NCBI GenBank assembly: GCA_963845565.1
Contig: CAWJSJ010000005.1
Location: 704,001 to 768,000, forward strand
From: an uncultured Methylomirabilota bacterium
GTDB taxonomy: Bacteria; Methylomirabilota; Methylomirabilia; Methylomirabilales; 2-02-FULL-66-22
Length of the DNA stretch: 64,000 bases
Reading direction: 5' to 3'
Below are positions 61,208-64,000 of this stretch, piece by piece; position 1 is the first letter of the stretch; every line of letters begins with the position of its first letter. The position numbers and the translations under genes were made by a program. The notes beneath the pieces were generated by a model, which saw only the letters and a program-made list of their open reading frames with translations, had not been told where the DNA came from and did not search any database.

Positions 61208-62241
61208 GCGAACACCGCCTGGAGGGCACCGACCACGACCGCAGCCTCCGCGCGAGTGAGTGTGGGATAGATCGGCACCGACAGCGCGTGCCGGTAGGCG
61301 TGCTCTGACCCCGGGAACCCGGTCAGGCCCAGCGTCCGGTGGATGGGCCGGAAGACGGGCGGTCGGGCGACGACCCCGTGCGCAGCGAGCCGCGCGGCGG
61401 TCCTGGTCGCGGGCCCTGCGCACGACACGACGAAGCGGTGGTACGCGTGGGTCCGGATTTCATCGGGGACCGGCAGGCGCACGGGCAACGCCGCCCAGCT
61501 GCGCCGGTACCGGGCGGCCAGCGCGCGCCGTCTCGACAGCATCGTCGGCAAGCGCTGCAACTGGCTGCGGCCGAGCGCCGCCTGGAAGTCGGTGAGCTTG
61601 TAGTTGAAGCGGGGCGCGTGGCGGCGGCGCTCGTCGTAGTCGCGGCGGTCTCGCACGCGGTCGAGCAGGCGCCGATCACGGCTGAGGAGCATGCCGCCCT
61701 CGCCGGTGGTCAGAAGTTTCGTCGCGTAAAAGGACAGGATACTGATGGCGCCGAACGACCCGACGGGGCGGTCCCGATAGGTTGCGCCGACGGCCTGGGC
61801 GCAGTCCTCGATGACCGGTACCCCCAACCGGAGCAGGGCGTCCAGGTCGGCAGGGAGTCCGAAGAGGTGCGGGACGATGATCGCCCGCGTCCGTCGCGTG
61901 CACCGACGCCGGACGTCGTCGGGGTCGAGGTTGTAGGTGTTCGGATCGATGTCCGCCAGTCGCGGGACGGCGCCCACGTACTCCACCGCGTGGAGGGGCG
62001 CGATGCACACGTAGCTGGGCACGATAATCTCGTCCCCAGGCCCGACCCCGAGCGCCAGGAGGGCCAGGTGCAGGGCGGCCGTCCCGGAATTCACCGCCAC
62101 GCCGGGCGGCAGACCAACACGGACCCCCACCTCGGCCTCCAGCGCGCCGACCTCCACGCCCTGCGCCAGGCTGCCCCGCCGGAGCACACCGCAGACCGCC
62201 TGCACGTCCGCCGGGGTGATCCAGGGGCGGGAATGGGGCAC
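61204..62241 (-). CDS. DegT/DnrJ/EryC1/StrS sugar aminotransferase (start uncertain)
   Basis: NSGTAALHLAL, IEDCAQ, SFYATKLLTTGEGG and NYKLTD motifs. Confidence 0.92.
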   Translation of the reverse strand: MPHSRPWITPADVQAVCGVLRRGSLAQGVEVGALEAEVGVRVGLPPGVAVNSGTAALHLALLALGVGPGDEIIVPSYVCIAPLHAVEYVGAVPRLADIDPNTYNLDPDDVRRRCTRRTRAIIVPHLFGLPADLDALLRLGVPVIEDCAQAVGATYRDRPVGSFGAISILSFYATKLLTTGEGGMLLSRDRRLLDRVRDRRDYDERRRHAPRFNYKLTDFQAALGRSQLQRLPTMLSRRRALAARYRRSWAALPVRLPVPDEIRTHAYHRFVVSCAGPATRTAARLAAHGVVARPPVFRPIHRTLGLTGFPGSEHAYRHALSVPIYPTLTRAEAAVVVGALQAVFA

Positions 62242-62246
62242 CGGTC

Positions 62247-62297
62247 TTGGCAATTGGGCAACTTGGCGATTCGGCAAATGGGACCCCCGGCAATTGG
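62247..62297. repeat. Octamer tandem repeats (TTGGCAAT-like), left arm
   Basis: ttggcaat tgggcaac ttggcgat tcggcaaa. Confidence 0.7.
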
Positions 62298-62309
62298 ACG
62301 CTTCGCGGA

Positions 62310-62444
62310 TCACAGAACAGGAACCAGTTGTCTTCCTACCGTCTGACGCGCGAATGGACTCCAGGTCGGTACCTCCGTCCACACTTCGTCCGCCAGCGCC
62401 TCGGCGAGTCGATAGATGCGTAACCCTTCAAGTCCCTCCGCCAT
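62310..62444 (-). pseudogene. Truncated four-helix-bundle (23S rRNA IVP/Avd-like) gene, 44 aa
   Basis: MAEGLEGLRIYRLAEALADEVWTEVPTWSPFARQTVGRQLV then stop, just before the expected RAADSI.ANIAEG segment; absent from the ORF track. Confidence 0.7.
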
Positions 62445-62480
62445 CACGTCGCCTCGGCCCACCCATCCAGGCGGCCCCTA

Positions 62481-62518
62481 CCCGAATTGCTCGAATTGCC
62501 AGATCGCCCAATTGCCAT
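62481..62518. repeat. Octamer tandem repeats (ATTGCCAA-like), right arm, inverted relative to 62247
   Basis: cccgaattgctcgaattgccagatcgcccaattgccat. Confidence 0.7.
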
Positions 62519-62522
62519 CGCC

Positions 62523-63143
62523 TCAAGACGAGATGTTGATAAACAGACGCAAGGGCACGAACGCCTCGGCGTTGCGGACGCGGCCCTGGATACCGCGAAA
62601 ATGGGCGGAGGCCCGCGCGATATCCGCGATGGTCAACCCCTCGATGTTGGTCTTGGTCACCTGGGACGCGTGCGCCTGCAAGGCGGCGATCTTGTCCTCC
62701 AGGATGCCGTCCACATCCACGAAGACGCTGGGCGAGAAGTTCTGGCTGGTCGGGCCCTCGAAGAAGAGCACGTTCCGCGTGTAGCGGGTCGCGGTGATGG
62801 TGGCGACCGAGAGATGACGGTGATCCTGATGGGTGTCGTCGTGGTGGTGGACGAAGATGAAGTCGGGGCCGATCTGCCGGATGACGCTCTCCACGCGCTG
62901 GATGCTCTCGCGATCCAGCGGGATGGCGGTGTCGGGATAGTCGCCCCAGAACAGCTTGGCGATCCGAAGGATCCGCCCGGCCCGCTCCTGCTCGGTCCGG
63001 CGGGTCGGACCCTCTCCGCCCCCCCCGCCATCGGTCATCACCAGCAGGAACACCTCGTGTCCCTGCCGCGCGTATTTGAGCAGCGTGCCGCCGCAGCCGA
63101 ATTCGATGTCGTCGGGGTGTGCGCCGATCGCCAGGATGCGCAT
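62523..63143 (-). CDS. PIG-L family deacetylase
   Basis: GAHPDDIEFGCGGT, RRTE and DTHQDH motifs. Confidence 0.92.
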   Translation of the reverse strand: MRILAIGAHPDDIEFGCGGTLLKYARQGHEVFLLVMTDGGGGGEGPTRRTEQERAGRILRIAKLFWGDYPDTAIPLDRESIQRVESVIRQIGPDFIFVHHHDDTHQDHRHLSVATITATRYTRNVLFFEGPTSQNFSPSVFVDVDGILEDKIAALQAHASQVTKTNIEGLTIADIARASAHFRGIQGRVRNAEAFVPLRLFINISS

Positions 63144-63198
63144 GGGGGACCCCTCCGCGCGCGTCTCGCGCCAACCGGGACCTCGTGGGGCCGTTTTG

Positions 63199-63900
63199 CT
63201 ACGACACGGCCGGCTGCCACCGGCGGCCCGACCGGAGGACGGTCAGGCTCTCCGGGCCGCAATTGAAAAGCAAATCTATCACCGACAGATGGGAAACGAA
63301 AGGCGTATATCGCTGTGGATACTCGGGATGCCGATAGTCCTGGGCCGATACCGCGATGTCCGCCTGGGTGAATCGCGCGAGGTCCATGTAACCCGCACCG
63401 CCCTGCCCGGCGAGGTATGTCGTGCCGCCGACGGCGCGACAGAGGTCGATCAAACGGTCCGTCGGCTCCTCCCGGGCGGACAGGGTGGAGGCGAGCCTCC
63501 GGGGCGTGGCGATCCCGAGTTGTTCGCAGAGCAGGTCCAGCACGGCCACGTTCAGGTCGCACAGCCGCGGCCATGGTCGCTCGAGAAGGGCGACGAGTGC
63601 CGGGCCGGCCGGTTCCCAGTGCGGGGCCTTCCCGTACTGCAGGGACAGGGCGTGGCGGTGCTTGCGCGACCAGTCCACGCCGGGATTGACCTCCACTCGA
63701 TCGATGCGTTCAGGGAAGCGGTCGATGATCGGGACGGTCAACCACTGCCAGCCCTCCTTGGTCCGGATCCGGTTGCGATTCTGCCACTCGTGCTTCTTGA
63801 ACTGAACGGTATCCAGGATGATGAACACGTCCGCCGAGTCGAGCTTGTCGAGGTATCCCAGCCAGGGAAGGTATTGCGGCTGATGGATGGCGACCTTCAC
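63199..63900 (-). CDS. WbqC-family protein
   Basis: AIHQPQYLPWLGY, WQNRNRI, WLTVP and LSVIDLLFNCG motifs. Confidence 0.92.
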   Translation of the reverse strand: MKVAIHQPQYLPWLGYLDKLDSADVFIILDTVQFKKHEWQNRNRIRTKEGWQWLTVPIIDRFPERIDRVEVNPGVDWSRKHRHALSLQYGKAPHWEPAGPALVALLERPWPRLCDLNVAVLDLLCEQLGIATPRRLASTLSAREEPTDRLIDLCRAVGGTTYLAGQGGAGYMDLARFTQADIAVSAQDYRHPEYPQRYTPFVSHLSVIDLLFNCGPESLTVLRSGRRWQPAVS

Positions 63901-64000
63901 GGGCGGCCCTCCCGGGAGGCGTCCAGGAAAATGGGGTTGCTCAGGAGTCGATGGCCGCCCGCCGCCCGGATGTCCAGGCGGAAAAAGCTCTTCGAACCCA
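63897..64000 (-). CDS. C-terminal end of an upstream gene (cut by the window edge)
   Basis: ...FFRLDIRAAGGHRLLSNPIFLDASREGRP-stop; its TGA overlaps the WbqC GTG start. Confidence 0.5.
   Translation of the reverse strand, partial: GSKSFFRLDIRAAGGHRLLSNPIFLDASREGRP

Noticed and set aside
60029..64000. Novelty of the polysaccharide cluster
   Set aside because: WecA-like, DegT, PIG-L and WbqC genes are a common combination; only the inserted four-helix-bundle stub is unusual.

Overview
GC-rich bacterial DNA, probably from a long-read or low-coverage assembly: more than 25 single-base frameshifts split otherwise intact genes, mostly at 37-41 kb and 49.5-55.2 kb. Positions 1 to ~59.95 kb form a nearly all-plus-strand accessory region. 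It holds two alpha/beta-hydrolases, an M13 peptidase, two RND efflux operons, three AspT/YidE-type antiporters, a CyuA/YhaM-like Fe-S lyase, a ~930-aa Orn/Lys/Arg-type decarboxylase, DASS, Ca2+/H+ and K+ transporters, a FixL/FixJ-like two-component set, a four-gene DUF4105/lipoprotein module, pyk/pfk/ppk2/pgi, many small secreted proteins and two type II toxin-antitoxin pairs. From 60.0 kb a minus-strand surface-polysaccharide cluster begins (WecA-like, DegT, PIG-L, WbqC). I found no rRNA, tRNA, CRISPR array, integrase or intact transposase. The most notable observations are: (1) tandem RND permease paralogs that are almost identical in their membrane blocks but diverged in the periplasmic substrate-binding segment; (2) a stand-alone secreted protein with a candidate sigma54 promoter, built of six KGTEGP(D/G)V cores each followed by a dibasic pair; (3) an identical 18-bp palindromic box in front of two operons; (4) four distinct families of small palindromic/MITE-like elements, one interrupting a gene and one present in both filled and empty forms; (5) a four-helix-bundle gene stub bracketed by inverted 8-bp tandem repeats; (6) several gene relics (M13, glgX, DUF4410-like). 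Family assignments come from motif recognition by eye, not from database searches.
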